DNA of 64,000 nucleotides from an uncultured Clostridia bacterium (GCA_934141475.1 CAKPCG010000006.1:601-64600); one strand, 5' to 3'. Shown: positions 29,113-39,519, counted from the first letter of the stretch. The notes: generated by a model from the sequence alone, not told the origin. Program-made: numbers and translations.

Positions 29113-30992
29113 TTTTTAAATTTATCAAAAAAACTTTTTTTCTTCTTAGATTTGTCTTTATTATCTATTTTTACAAATTCATTTTCCCATGAATTATCAT
29201 TGTTTGTATTTTTGTTTTCTGTTTTTTTATTTTTTCTGCCTTTTGTTTTTTTATTATCTTTTGCTTCTAATTCTTCTTCGTCTATTTTATCCCATTCGTC
29301 ATCCCATTCGTCGTCTTCTTCCTCTACTTGTGTATCGTCATCATCTTCTTCATCCCATATGCTATCTACTTCGTCCTCTTCTTCATCATTGGCATCATGT
29401 TCTTCATATTCATCATCGTCGTCTTCATATTCGTCTTCTTCGTCTTCGTAATCGTCATCATCACCATCCCAGTAGTTTTCTTCTCCTCTTTTAGGATCGT
29501 TTCCCCATATGTCATATGATATTTCGTCATCATCTTCATCGCTATTATTGCTTTGCTCGTAGTCTTCATCTTCGTCTTCATCTTCATCAGTGTCAAATCC
29601 TAATATCATGTCTATTTTTTTATCTATTTCCGCTTTTACATCATCTTCCTTGTTTGATATGCTTTTTATTTTTCTTTTTGACTTTGTGTTTGTTTCTTTT
29701 TCTTTGTTGTTATCTTTTTCTTTAGTTGCTTTAGGTAGTATTTCTTCTTCAAAATCATCATCCCAGTCGTCATCATCATCTTCTTGTTGTAATTCTTCTT
29801 TTTCTTCTACAGGCATATACTGACTTAAGTCTCTACCATATTCTTCTGTAACATTTTTGTAAAATACATCATATATTTTTTTCATTCCTTCAATTCTCCA
29901 ATAATTTGGATTTATTATTGTTACAGGTAAATTTAATTTCTTGATTTCATTATCAAATTGTTCTGATTTCATTTCTAGTTTTTTTAGATAGTCAACATTA
30001 TATAGTTCTGCATATGATTTTTTTGTTACTTTTTTAGTTATTTCTTTTAATAATAATGTATACAAATTATTAATTTGCACTAAATCTTCATCTAAATTTT
30101 TGCAGGCTTCTTTCATTAACTTTTTATGTTCTTCTTCCCCATTTACAGATGTTAATCTTTCGTTGTCTAAAAATTGTATTAAATATTCTTTTAGTGCTCC
30201 TACAAATTCTAGTTTACATTTAGCATCTTTTATTATTTTTTTATGTTTTTCGCCCTTGGTTGTATTGTTTTTTATTTCTGTAAATAGTTTATTAGTCTTT
30301 TCATATATTCCTGTTAATATTTCTGTTTCTCTTTTTTGTATGTCTACATTTAGCGTAATTGCTTTTTTTATTACATCCATATCAAAAGGTATTTTTTCGT
30401 TTTGACCATTTTTTTGTATTTTTTCTTTTAGTTCGTTTTCTATTTCTTCTGTTTCTAAATCTACAAATTGCTTTGCTCTTTTTTCTATATTTATATCAAT
30501 TTCTTTGTAATCATCTAAAATTTTATTTAATCTTTGATTATATTCATTTTCTATAGTTCTTCTTGACTTGCCACAGTTTGTCCTTATTTTGCTCTTTTCG
30601 TTAAATTCTACAACTACATTTATAAAATCTTGTGCATTTTGTTTTACTTGTTCATTTAATTCTTCAATACTACTATGTACATTGTCAAATCTCTTTTGTA
30701 TCTTTTCTGAGTTTTCATCTATTGTTTGAAATATTTCATTTCTTTCTATTTGGTATTTTTCAATTTTTTTATTTAGCACTTCTTCTTTCTTTTGTATTTC
30801 TCTTATTTTGTTTGCGATCGAGTCATATTCTTGCATTATATTTTCTTCATCGTCTGATATTTCTCTATATTGTTCTAAGCTTTCAACTAAATCGCAATAA
30901 TCTTTAAAGTTCGTTTTTATGTTACTTTTCATGTTGTAACCAAACATTTGATTAAAATATCTTTCTAATACTATTGCGTTCCTCTCATACAT
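29109..30992 (-). CDS. coiled-coil protein with extremely acidic (D/E-rich) C-terminal region
   Basis: Start MYERNAIV after GGAGG. ~390 aa of heptad-like K/E-rich sequence, then ~200 aa dominated by D/E runs (EDDDDDWDDDFEEE, DEDEDEDEDYE, DDDDYEDEEDEYEDDDDEYEE) and a basic tail. Confidence 0.6.
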   Translation of the reverse strand: MYERNAIVLERYFNQMFGYNMKSNIKTNFKDYCDLVESLEQYREISDDEENIMQEYDSIANKIREIQKKEEVLNKKIEKYQIERNEIFQTIDENSEKIQKRFDNVHSSIEELNEQVKQNAQDFINVVVEFNEKSKIRTNCGKSRRTIENEYNQRLNKILDDYKEIDINIEKRAKQFVDLETEEIENELKEKIQKNGQNEKIPFDMDVIKKAITLNVDIQKRETEILTGIYEKTNKLFTEIKNNTTKGEKHKKIIKDAKCKLEFVGALKEYLIQFLDNERLTSVNGEEEHKKLMKEACKNLDEDLVQINNLYTLLLKEITKKVTKKSYAELYNVDYLKKLEMKSEQFDNEIKKLNLPVTIINPNYWRIEGMKKIYDVFYKNVTEEYGRDLSQYMPVEEKEELQQEDDDDDWDDDFEEEILPKATKEKDNNKEKETNTKSKRKIKSISNKEDDVKAEIDKKIDMILGFDTDEDEDEDEDYEQSNNSDEDDDEISYDIWGNDPKRGEENYWDGDDDDYEDEEDEYEDDDDEYEEHDANDEEEDEVDSIWDEEDDDDTQVEEEDDEWDDEWDKIDEEELEAKDNKKTKGRKNKKTENKNTNNDNSWENEFVKIDNKDKSKKKKSFFDKFKK

Positions 30993-31008
30993 AATTAATA
31001 CCTCCAAA

Positions 31009-31935
31009 TTATGACTTATGTCTTCTTCTATCTATTGCATAACTACTTCCCATTACAGCTTTTACAGCATGTTTTACTTGTGCTGCTGTGTCTCCAATTT
31101 CTAGTATGTTTGCAAACCTTCCTTTGTCTACAACTACTACAGCTATTGATATTGAAGTTAGTGGGAATTTTTCTATTATTCCTTTACGATTAGCAACTTC
31201 AATATAACCATCTTCTCTGTCTTTTTCGTTGTAAAATTTTAATACTCCATTATCGAAATTGTAGATTATTGCTTGACATAGTTTTTCTACGTCTTTGCTT
31301 GGCATTATTGCAATAAAGTCGTCTCCTCCTATGTGTCCTACAAAACCATTACCATAATTATGAACAGCATTTACTATTGTATTTGCCGTATATTCAATTA
31401 TTTGGTCTCCTTTCAAAAATCCATAAACATCATTATATGCCTTAAAGTTGTCTAAATCTAAATATAGTATTGAAAATTCTTCGTTTTTCATAAGATGTTT
31501 TTTTAATTCCGAATTTATTTGTACATTTCCTGGCAGTCCTGTTAGTGGACTCATTCTTCTGTTTATTGTAAGTAATCTCATTAAATTTTTAACTGTATAG
31601 TATAAATACCCTTCATCTACTGGCTTTCTTATAAAATATTCAACAGATTCGCTTAAAATTCTCATTCTATGATCTCTTATACCATTTGATGAAACCACTA
31701 TTACAGGTGTAATTTTGTTATCTTCATCTCTTCTTATTTTTTTACATACATCTATTACATCAATTTTTATTGCATCTTCGTTTATAACTATTAGTGATGG
31801 AATATTTTTTAATGCTATATCTATTTGTTCTGTTTTTACACTTATAAATTTGTATTCTTTATCATCTCTAAATAGTTCTCTAAATATTATAATTGAAGAT
31901 TCATCGTCATCTATTATATATACTTCATTTATCAT
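31009..31935 (-). CDS. response-regulator receiver + GGDEF-family domain protein (GGDDF variant)
   Basis: The N-terminal CheY-like fold starts IIDDDES, but the usual phospho-acceptor context reads LIVINEDA. The C-terminal nucleotide-cyclase fold has PLTGLPGN...LYLDLDNFKAYND...GHIGGDDFIAI. Confidence 0.75.
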   Translation of the reverse strand: MINEVYIIDDDESSIIIFRELFRDDKEYKFISVKTEQIDIALKNIPSLIVINEDAIKIDVIDVCKKIRRDEDNKITPVIVVSSNGIRDHRMRILSESVEYFIRKPVDEGYLYYTVKNLMRLLTINRRMSPLTGLPGNVQINSELKKHLMKNEEFSILYLDLDNFKAYNDVYGFLKGDQIIEYTANTIVNAVHNYGNGFVGHIGGDDFIAIMPSKDVEKLCQAIIYNFDNGVLKFYNEKDREDGYIEVANRKGIIEKFPLTSISIAVVVVDKGRFANILEIGDTAAQVKHAVKAVMGSSYAIDRRRHKS

Positions 31936-31939
31936 TATT

Positions 31940-32887
31940 TTACTCCTTAACGTATCTTACTTTCGCTGTTTTTGATAGTCCATTTTTGTTGTATATTGTA
32001 ACTATTAGCTTATTTTCTCCATCTACAAGGTCTACTGAACCTTTGTATGTTTTTTGATTTATTTCTTCTGTTTTTGTTTCATCAGAATTTAATGTTATTT
32101 CTATTTTTGATAGTTCTTCATCATCTGAACCTGTTATTGTAAATGTTTTTCCATCTGTTTGAACATCTAACTCTGGTTTGTTGTCTCCTATTACTTTTTG
32201 TGCTTTTGTTGATTTTACTCCATTTATGTCTTGAGCTACTAAGCTTAATGTGTGTATTCCTTCTTCTACATCTATTAATGTTTCTGTTTTAACATCGTTT
32301 ACTGTAAATTTCTTTGCATCTTGTTCGTTTTCATCCCAATAATACATTATAAAGTCTATATTTTCATTACTTGTTACTGTTGCTTTTATCTTTCCATCTA
32401 CTTGTTCTAATGTTATTGTTGGTTTGTCTTCTGTTTCTTGTGATGTTTCATATGATGAAGAAATTCCATTTATGTCTTTTGCTGTTATTTTTATTGTTGA
32501 GTTTCCAGATGGAAGTTCTACTTCTTGTTTTACTTCTGTTTTGTTTTTTCCATCTATTTCTACTACATCTTCATCATTTATTTGGTATGTAACACTTGCT
32601 ATTGCTTTATCGTGTGTTACTACTATATTTATTGTTGTAGCATCTTCTCTTTCTGTTGTAATTATTGGTTTTGAGCTTGCCGATGTCGCCTTTGCATTAT
32701 CTACATTATTTGTTACATTTTTATAACATGAGTATGCTCCAGAACATGTTAATCCTATACCAAATATTAATAAAATTACTGCAAAAACTACTATAACGGA
32801 ATGTATTTCTGTTTTATGTTGTTTCTTTTTTTTATTTTTTGTATTTTCTACTGATAATATTTGATTCATTTTCTTCTTTCCTTTCAA
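31940..32887 (-). CDS. membrane-anchored protein with tandem Ig-like beta domains
   Basis: Basic N-terminus, one TM (VIVVFAVILLIFGIGLTCSGAY), then ~3 repeats of ~85 aa (..I(T/K)(A/L).DINGxxS..). Confidence 0.55.
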   Translation of the reverse strand: MKGKKKMNQILSVENTKNKKKKQHKTEIHSVIVVFAVILLIFGIGLTCSGAYSCYKNVTNNVDNAKATSASSKPIITTEREDATTINIVVTHDKAIASVTYQINDEDVVEIDGKNKTEVKQEVELPSGNSTIKITAKDINGISSSYETSQETEDKPTITLEQVDGKIKATVTSNENIDFIMYYWDENEQDAKKFTVNDVKTETLIDVEEGIHTLSLVAQDINGVKSTKAQKVIGDNKPELDVQTDGKTFTITGSDDEELSKIEITLNSDETKTEEINQKTYKGSVDLVDGENKLIVTIYNKNGLSKTAKVRYVKE

Positions 32888-32998
32888 TATTTCTTTTAGA
32901 TTATAACATACCAGCTTTTTATTGTAAACATTTTTTTGAAAAAAGCTTTTGGTAAAAACTTGTATTTTCTTGCTTATTTTTTAATATTTATAAAGCAA

Positions 32999-33035
32999 AA
33001 AAGGAAAATCAGTTATTAAATGATTTTCCTTTTTA
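32999..33035. terminator. bidirectional terminator downstream of the adhesin gene
   Basis: aaggaaaatca-gttattaaa-tgattttcctt flanked by A-run and T-run. Confidence 0.75.
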
Positions 33036-33040
33036 TTTTA

Positions 33041-36000
33041 TTATAATACAAATTTCTTAATTAAAATTATTCCTGTAGTTAATACTGCTAGTATTACTGC
33101 TCCAATTGCTGTATACATTGCAACATGAGCTATTACACCTGTTTTTATTGATAGTAATACTTTTGCATCATCTATGTCGTCTTCTCCTGGTTTTTGGTTA
33201 TCTGGAGTTGAGTCTCTATCTGGAACACCTTCGTCATTATAGTCTTCTGATATTTCTGCTGTATTTGTTTTTAATCCAAGATTCGAGCTTCCATTTATCC
33301 ATCTTAGTATTACTGTTACTTGTGCACTTTCACCTGGTTGTAATAATGTGTTTTCTAGTAGTCTTGTTGATATTACATTATTTCCTTCATCTGTCCATCC
33401 TTCATTGTCTTCTGCATAGAATTTTAATCCTTCTGGAACATAGTCTGTTATTTCTTTAGCATAACCTGCTATATCTCCTTCGTTTGTTATTTTTATTGTA
33501 TATCCAAATTTTACTACAGTTGAATTTAATTTCTTTTTGTTTATTTCTACTTTTGGTATTTTATCTGTATTGTCATCTCCAGTATTTCCTGTTTGTGTTG
33601 TTGTTGTTTTACCATCTTCTGTTACATATACTGTAGAAACATATTTTAGTAAACTTAAGTCAAATGTTTTTATTAATATTACTTCATAGTCATCATCATC
33701 TTCATTTTTCTTGTCTACATTGTCTGGTGTTGAGTCTATATCTTTTGGTACATCATCACCATTTTTATCTTCGTATTTTGTTATTTCTGCAATGTTTACT
33801 ATATTTGTATTTGTTGGAGCTTTTTCATTTACTCTACAAAGTACTTGTACATCTCTATAATCTAATCCTGAACCTGCTCCATCATCTGTTTTCTTGTCAA
33901 ATGCTTTTAGTAGGTTTTTAGCTGATTCATCTTCTTTATTATATCCTAAATATGTTGTTGTTATTGTTTTTCCGTCTGTTCCAACTTTCCATCCATATTG
34001 TGTATTAAAGTCACAGTCTACATAGTCTAAGTAGTCTGGTAAGTGATCTGTTATTTCTCCTGCATATACATCTGTTTCTCCTTCGTTATATACTCTTATA
34101 TTATATAATACATATGCTTGTTCTGGAACAGTTAGTGGATCTTTTACCATTACATATGTTGCATCATGGCAGTCTTTGTTGTCTCTTAATGCTTTTGTAT
34201 CTACTCTTGTTGCTCTTGTATATGGATTTGTTTTGTTTCCTATTTTTCCATCTGCTGTTAAATATTCTCCATCTTCTATTTTTATGTCTTCACTTACTGC
34301 TGTAATGAATTTTGTTAATGCTAAGTCTACTTTCTTTTTCTTGATGTTTACTACTTCGTAGTCATCATCATCTTCTTCTCTTTTTTCTTTGTTTTTGTCT
34401 TTTAAATTGTCTGGTGTTGAATCTATATCTTTTGGTATATCATTTCCATCTTCATCTTGATATTTAGAAATTTGTGCAGAGTTTACTAAGTTTGTTGCTT
34501 CTGGTGCTTTTGAATTTACTCTACATAGTATTTGAATGTCTCTATAATCTAATCCTGAACCTGCTCCATCGTCTGTTTTCTTATCAAATGCTTTTAATAA
34601 ATTTTTAGCTGATTCATCTTCTTTGTTATATCCTAAATAGCTTGATTTTACTGTTTTTCCATCTGTTCCAACTTTCCATCCATATTGTGTATTAAAGTCA
34701 CAGTCTACATAGTCTAAGTAGTCTGGTAAGTGATCTGTTATTTCTCCTGCATATACATCTGTTTCTCCTTCGTTATATACTCTTATATTATATAATACAT
34801 ATGCTTGTTCTGGAACAGTTAGTGGATCTTTTACCATTACATATGTTGCATCATGGCAGTCTTTGTTGTCTCTTAATGCTTTTGTATCTACTCTTGTTGC
34901 TCTTGTATATGGATTTGTTTTGTTTCCTATTTTTCCATCTGCTGTTAAATATTCTCCATCTTCTATTTTTATGTCTTCACTTACTGCTGTAATGAATTTT
35001 GTTAATGCTAAGTCTACTTTTCCAAGAATAATGTTATCATAGTCTTCATCATCTTGATATTTTTTGTCTCCATCTTTTCCTGGCCAATTGTTTGTTTCAG
35101 AATCTCTATCTTTTAAGTCTGTTTCATCTTGTTTATTTCCATCTGCATCTTGTGCTTCTGTAATAGCTGCTTCGTTTCTGATTGTAACTCCTGCTCCATC
35201 TTGAGCTGAAACTCTATAAACTACTGTTACACTTAATTTATCTAAGCTTTCTCCATTGTGGTTTGTATCTTTTGAGCTATCATATGCTTTTAATAATTTA
35301 TTTGTTCCTCCTAAATAGCTTTTTACATCACATGTTATGCTTGTTGTATTTTCACCATTAAAGCTATCCATTGTTAATTTGTCATTTTGTGATTCTATTG
35401 TCCAATATGAATTATTCTTTTCTACTAGTTTGTAAGTTTCTTCATCTACTTCTATTTCTTCTGATTTTCCTTGTGAGTCACATGTTATTAAAGTTTTTCC
35501 ATCTGATGGTTCTTTTGGATAAACAAATTCAACTCCTGTTGGAATATTGTCTCTTATTTTGTTTACATATCCATCTACATCTCCTTCATTATATACTGTA
35601 AATGTGTATGTTACATAATCTCCGTGTTTTACACTAATAGGTGTTTTGTCTAATTCATATTTTGCTGTTGTTGCTGTTTTATTTGCTAAATCTGTTGTAT
35701 CAATTTTTGGTTCTTGTCTTCCTGCTTTTGTTGTTCCTTTTGAATATATGCTTGTTATATATTTTTGTAATGCTAAGTCGAATTGTGCTGGTTTTATTAC
35801 AACTACTTCAAAATCATCATCATCTTCTCTTCCTGGGAAGTAGTCATCATTATTTGTTCCATCTTTGTATACATCTTTTGAGTTGTCTCCATTTTTGTTA
35901 TCTCCACCATGATATCCTTCGTATTTATCTCCTGTTGTTTTTTGTTCTGCTGATGGAATTTTTGTTACATCAGAGTCTCTATCTTTTGTTACTTCTGTGT

Positions 36001-37939
36001 TTGTTTCTGTATTATATTCTTTTGATATATACGCAAGGTTTGTTAAATAAGTATTTTTTGATGCTGATGGTTCTTCTGTTATTTCACAATCTACTTTTAT
36101 TGTTTCACTAGAAAGTGTATCACTTCCGTTATATGCTGTTAATACATTTTTGCTTACATTTGTAAATGTTATTTGATTTGTTTCTTCATCATATACATAT
36201 GTATATTTTATATTGTCTGATTCATATGTTCCTGTTTTTTCACCTTTTAGTTTCATTCCTTGTGGTAATTTATCTACTATTTCTGCTGCATATCCATTCA
36301 TATCTCCTTCGTTGTATACTGTTATTTCATATGTTACTATGTCTCCTTTTTCTACAACTACTGGATCTTTTCTATGTTTATATGTGGCTGTTCCATTTTT
36401 TTCTATATCACTTGCTACATATGTTATTTTTCTTGTTGCTAATTTTCCGTCTTCATTTGATATTAATTTTGCATTCACTTCTGTGTTTGCTTGATTTTTT
36501 AATGCTACTATAGCTTTTCTTAAAGCTAAATCAAATTCTTTTTCTATTGGTGCTGTTACTGTTAGTTGGAATTTTTCATCTCCTGGTGTTACTTCTATAA
36601 TTGGTTGTTCTGTTTTTGTTGTTGATATCCATAATGTTTTTTGATTTGTTTTGTAACTTCCATCAAAATCTATTTTTATATTGTTTCCTGTTACTTTTGA
36701 TTTTGGTATAGATACATAAAATTCTTCTCTTCCTACATAATCTCCAACTTTTTGATTGCTATTTTTTGTTCCATTTGCATCTGATAAATATGCTCCAGTA
36801 TTTGTATCACCATTTACTGTTATTGTATCTAATAATGTGTATACTGATGTTCTTTGTGATTCTATTTTTACAGGTCCTACTACATAGTAATCTACATTAT
36901 CTACCTTTTTTTGTTGTATTTCAGCTGTTGAAGGTGTTATTTTTAATGGATTTCCTGTTGTTTCTGTGTCTGTATTTGATTCAGCGTATTTATTTGCTGC
37001 ATCTATTAGGTATTGGCTAAGTATTCCTGCTTGTTCTTGTTTCCATATACCTATTTTAACTTCGTTTCCGCCTTCATCTTCATCTGTAACTGCTTCCAAA
37101 TGAGTCCATTGAGATGTATTAGTATTTGTTGTACCATTTGAATATTTTAATGCTATCCATGGGTCTTTTATATTATATCCTTCACTCTTATTTGGATTAT
37201 TTTCTAAGTAGTTTGTAAAATACCATAAAGATGCTTGTTGTACTACTTCTACTAAATCATCAGATAAGCTAATATTTACAAGTTCTCCAGATTTATTAAA
37301 ATAAACATACCCTTGTTTTCCAGTATTAGAAACTTTTGATGAATAGTCATATCCTTCTTGAGCAATATATCTATATCCTTTTAAAGGTGTACCATCTTGT
37401 AGTTCTGCATCAACATTTCCATATACTAATCCTGCTTTTGCAAGTAAAGCCTCTTTTTGTGCTTTGTTTTGTTCTTCTGTTGCTGAACTATCTGGTATAT
37501 ATATGTTATCTAATATCCATAATATTTGTTTTATATATTTGCTGTTTACAACATTTTTATATGTTTCTGATAATGAAGTATCATTTTTTAATAATTCTAT
37601 ATCACTTTTTAAATTTAAATTATATGATCTGTTGTATGTTGCAGATGTTCCTATAGTTCCACTTAACCAACTTTCTCCTGCTGTTGCATTTAAACAATAA
37701 TAATTTGTTTTATTGCTAGCATTCATTATTTGGTATATTGGATGTGTAGCACTTCCTTTAGTATCTAAGGCATACCCATCTGTATATTTACCATTTGAAT
37801 ATCTAAAATATGACAATCTTAGTGTTACTGCATTGTCTCCTTGATAATCTTGCATTGCGAAACTTGAAGTTGTTCCTAATCCTAGAATAACTATTAACAT
37901 CGCAATAAGTAATTTGGTGATATTTTTTTTCATTTTCAT
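33041..37939 (-). CDS. giant surface adhesin: N-terminal thioester-like domain + multiple DUF11-type repeat domains + C-terminal anchor
   Basis: Signal peptide. YYCLN (Cys codon at 37694-37696) and VVQQASLWYF (~37222-37240) resemble the Cys and TQxA(I/V)W motifs of thioester domains. At least 6 DLAL.K......V..GD.V.Y.I.VYNEG....YA..I.D.LP.G repeats are separated by D.DSTPDN...EDDDDYE linkers. The C-terminus is SIKTG + TM + KK. Confidence 0.75.
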   Translation of the reverse strand: MKMKKNITKLLIAMLIVILGLGTTSSFAMQDYQGDNAVTLRLSYFRYSNGKYTDGYALDTKGSATHPIYQIMNASNKTNYYCLNATAGESWLSGTIGTSATYNRSYNLNLKSDIELLKNDTSLSETYKNVVNSKYIKQILWILDNIYIPDSSATEEQNKAQKEALLAKAGLVYGNVDAELQDGTPLKGYRYIAQEGYDYSSKVSNTGKQGYVYFNKSGELVNISLSDDLVEVVQQASLWYFTNYLENNPNKSEGYNIKDPWIALKYSNGTTNTNTSQWTHLEAVTDEDEGGNEVKIGIWKQEQAGILSQYLIDAANKYAESNTDTETTGNPLKITPSTAEIQQKKVDNVDYYVVGPVKIESQRTSVYTLLDTITVNGDTNTGAYLSDANGTKNSNQKVGDYVGREEFYVSIPKSKVTGNNIKIDFDGSYKTNQKTLWISTTKTEQPIIEVTPGDEKFQLTVTAPIEKEFDLALRKAIVALKNQANTEVNAKLISNEDGKLATRKITYVASDIEKNGTATYKHRKDPVVVEKGDIVTYEITVYNEGDMNGYAAEIVDKLPQGMKLKGEKTGTYESDNIKYTYVYDEETNQITFTNVSKNVLTAYNGSDTLSSETIKVDCEITEEPSASKNTYLTNLAYISKEYNTETNTEVTKDRDSDVTKIPSAEQKTTGDKYEGYHGGDNKNGDNSKDVYKDGTNNDDYFPGREDDDDFEVVVIKPAQFDLALQKYITSIYSKGTTKAGRQEPKIDTTDLANKTATTAKYELDKTPISVKHGDYVTYTFTVYNEGDVDGYVNKIRDNIPTGVEFVYPKEPSDGKTLITCDSQGKSEEIEVDEETYKLVEKNNSYWTIESQNDKLTMDSFNGENTTSITCDVKSYLGGTNKLLKAYDSSKDTNHNGESLDKLSVTVVYRVSAQDGAGVTIRNEAAITEAQDADGNKQDETDLKDRDSETNNWPGKDGDKKYQDDEDYDNIILGKVDLALTKFITAVSEDIKIEDGEYLTADGKIGNKTNPYTRATRVDTKALRDNKDCHDATYVMVKDPLTVPEQAYVLYNIRVYNEGETDVYAGEITDHLPDYLDYVDCDFNTQYGWKVGTDGKTVKSSYLGYNKEDESAKNLLKAFDKKTDDGAGSGLDYRDIQILCRVNSKAPEATNLVNSAQISKYQDEDGNDIPKDIDSTPDNLKDKNKEKREEDDDDYEVVNIKKKKVDLALTKFITAVSEDIKIEDGEYLTADGKIGNKTNPYTRATRVDTKALRDNKDCHDATYVMVKDPLTVPEQAYVLYNIRVYNEGETDVYAGEITDHLPDYLDYVDCDFNTQYGWKVGTDGKTITTTYLGYNKEDESAKNLLKAFDKKTDDGAGSGLDYRDVQVLCRVNEKAPTNTNIVNIAEITKYEDKNGDDVPKDIDSTPDNVDKKNEDDDDYEVILIKTFDLSLLKYVSTVYVTEDGKTTTTQTGNTGDDNTDKIPKVEINKKKLNSTVVKFGYTIKITNEGDIAGYAKEITDYVPEGLKFYAEDNEGWTDEGNNVISTRLLENTLLQPGESAQVTVILRWINGSSNLGLKTNTAEISEDYNDEGVPDRDSTPDNQKPGEDDIDDAKVLLSIKTGVIAHVAMYTAIGAVILAVLTTGIILIKKFVL
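33650..35022. repeat. 687-bp (229-aa) tandem duplication inside the adhesin gene
   Basis: Identical antisense ORFs at 34114..34305 and 34801..34992 in the ORF track. The core 33975-34333 is essentially identical to 34662-35020; the remainder of the unit is ~90% similar by eye. Confidence 0.9.
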
Positions 37940-38228
37940 AATTTCTCCTTACTACATATTTTTAGCTATATTTATTCTACTATGTTTATTTTGCTTTTTC
38001 AATATGTATATTTCAGTTTATTTTTCTATGCTTTATATAGCTTACGGACTGCGTATTTTAAGATTTTTTACAGTTCCTTTACAATTATATTACATTTTGG
38101 TCACAAAATCAATGTTTTGTTTTAATATTTTAGATTTTTTCGCTATTTTCCAATTGTTTTATTTGTTTTTAGTAATATTTTTTTATGTGTTTTATATATT
38201 TATATTAATTTTGTTTGGAGGGGTATTG

Positions 38229-39468
38229 ATGTATTTAAAAAAAATCTCTATATTGGTTTTATTTTTCATTTTTATACAATCTTCGCTAATTTCTTTTGCA
38301 GATGATTTTGATGATTATTATGAGGAAACTTTTTCACCTTTAAATAGTAACTTAACCACGTCCCATGATATTCCTGATATAAATGCAAGACACGCTGTTG
38401 TATTAGACAGGGCTTCTAAAACAGTTTTATTTGGTAAAAATGAAAATGAAACATGTAAAATGGCTTCAACAACTAAAATTATCACTGCGTTAATAGTTAT
38501 TGAAAATACTCCTGACTTAAATTCAATTACATCTATATCAAAAAAAGCTAGTCGGAACAGGTGGTTCGAGGCTTGGGCTTTCTTTTAATGACAAAATTAC
38601 TATAAATGATTTGCTTTATGGTTTACTTATGGTTTCTGGAAATGACTCGGCTGTTGCTCTTGCAGAATTTGTAAGTGGTAGTGTTGAAAATTTTGCAAAT
38701 CTTATGAATGAAAAAGCCTCTTTTTTAGGGCTTACTTCTACACATTTTGTTACTCCTCATGGTTTAGATGAAGACGAACATTATACAACTGCTTTTGAAC
38801 TTGCTAAAATTGCAGATTATGCTCTTAAAAATGAAATATTTTCTAAAATTGTAAGCACATCTTATTATACTGTAAAAATTAATGGAAAATCTAAAACATT
38901 GCATAATACTAACGAACTCTTAGGTAATTTCGAGGGCGTTTATGGTGTAAAAACTGGATTTACAAATGGTGCTAATAGATGTCTTGTTACCTCTTGTAAA
39001 AAAAATGATTTGGATATTATTTGCGTTGTTTTAGGATGTGATACGAAGAAAAACAGAACCCTGGATAGTGTAAAAATTTTAAATTATATATTTAATAATT
39101 TTCATATAATTGATGTAAAAAAAATAATAAATGATGATTTTACTAAATGGAATAATTCACAATCAAAATATATATTTTTTAATAAAGGTTCTTTTGCAAA
39201 TCCAGAGTATTATTTAGATGAATCGCAAATTCTGTATGATAAGGTTGCAGTTGATAAAAATTTAAACAATAATATTTTTACATCAGTTTACAGCGAAAAT
39301 TCTTTTGACACTCCTTTGTATTCTGATAGTGTAATTGGAAAAATTTCTATATTTAATGGAGATACAGAACTTTTTTCTGTTAATATTTTAAATAAAAACA
39401 CTATTGGAAGAAAGACTTTTCTTGAATATTTTAAAATTTTCTTTGAAAAAAATATTTTTGAATTTTGA
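38229..39468 (+). CDS. D-alanyl-D-alanine carboxypeptidase (PBP5-like, S11), +1 break at CGG
   Basis: RBS GGAGGGG + ATG at 38229. Signal peptide; SxxK (MASTTKI), SxN (VSGNDSA), KTG (VKTGFT). The 0-frame reads agt CGG aac (38553-38555) and stops at 38588. The +1 frame from GGA 38554 reads GTGGSRLGLSFNDKITINDLLYGLLMVSGND into ORF 38611..39468. Confidence 0.85.
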
Positions 39469-39519
39469 TGTTTTTGTATTGACTTTTGACTATTTTTTTG
39501 CTATCATAGAAAAGTGCTT

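Noticed and set aside
29005-29725. Plus-strand ORFs rich in S/L/F/H (29005..29451, 29189..29494, 29328..29519, 29516..29725)
   Set aside because: They are antisense to the D/E-rich tail of the 632-aa gene. They are low-complexity mirror frames with no RBS.
33041-35022. Possible CRISPR array or other non-coding tandem repeat
   Set aside because: All periodic repeats in the window (105 bp, ~250 bp, 687 bp, 1.7 kb) lie inside long ORFs and keep the reading frame. There is no short repeat-spacer architecture anywhere.
37914-38228. N-terminal 105 codons of ORF 37914..38588
   Set aside because: This is a low-complexity F/I/L translation across the divergent promoter region. The real dac start is ATG at 38229, with a GGAGGGG RBS and a signal peptide.
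37940-38228. c-di-GMP riboswitch in the adhesin 5' leader (by analogy with Clostridioides adhesins)
   Set aside because: The leader is almost pure A/T, with only one short GC patch (acgcagtccgtaagc). No GEMM-like conserved segments were recognisable.
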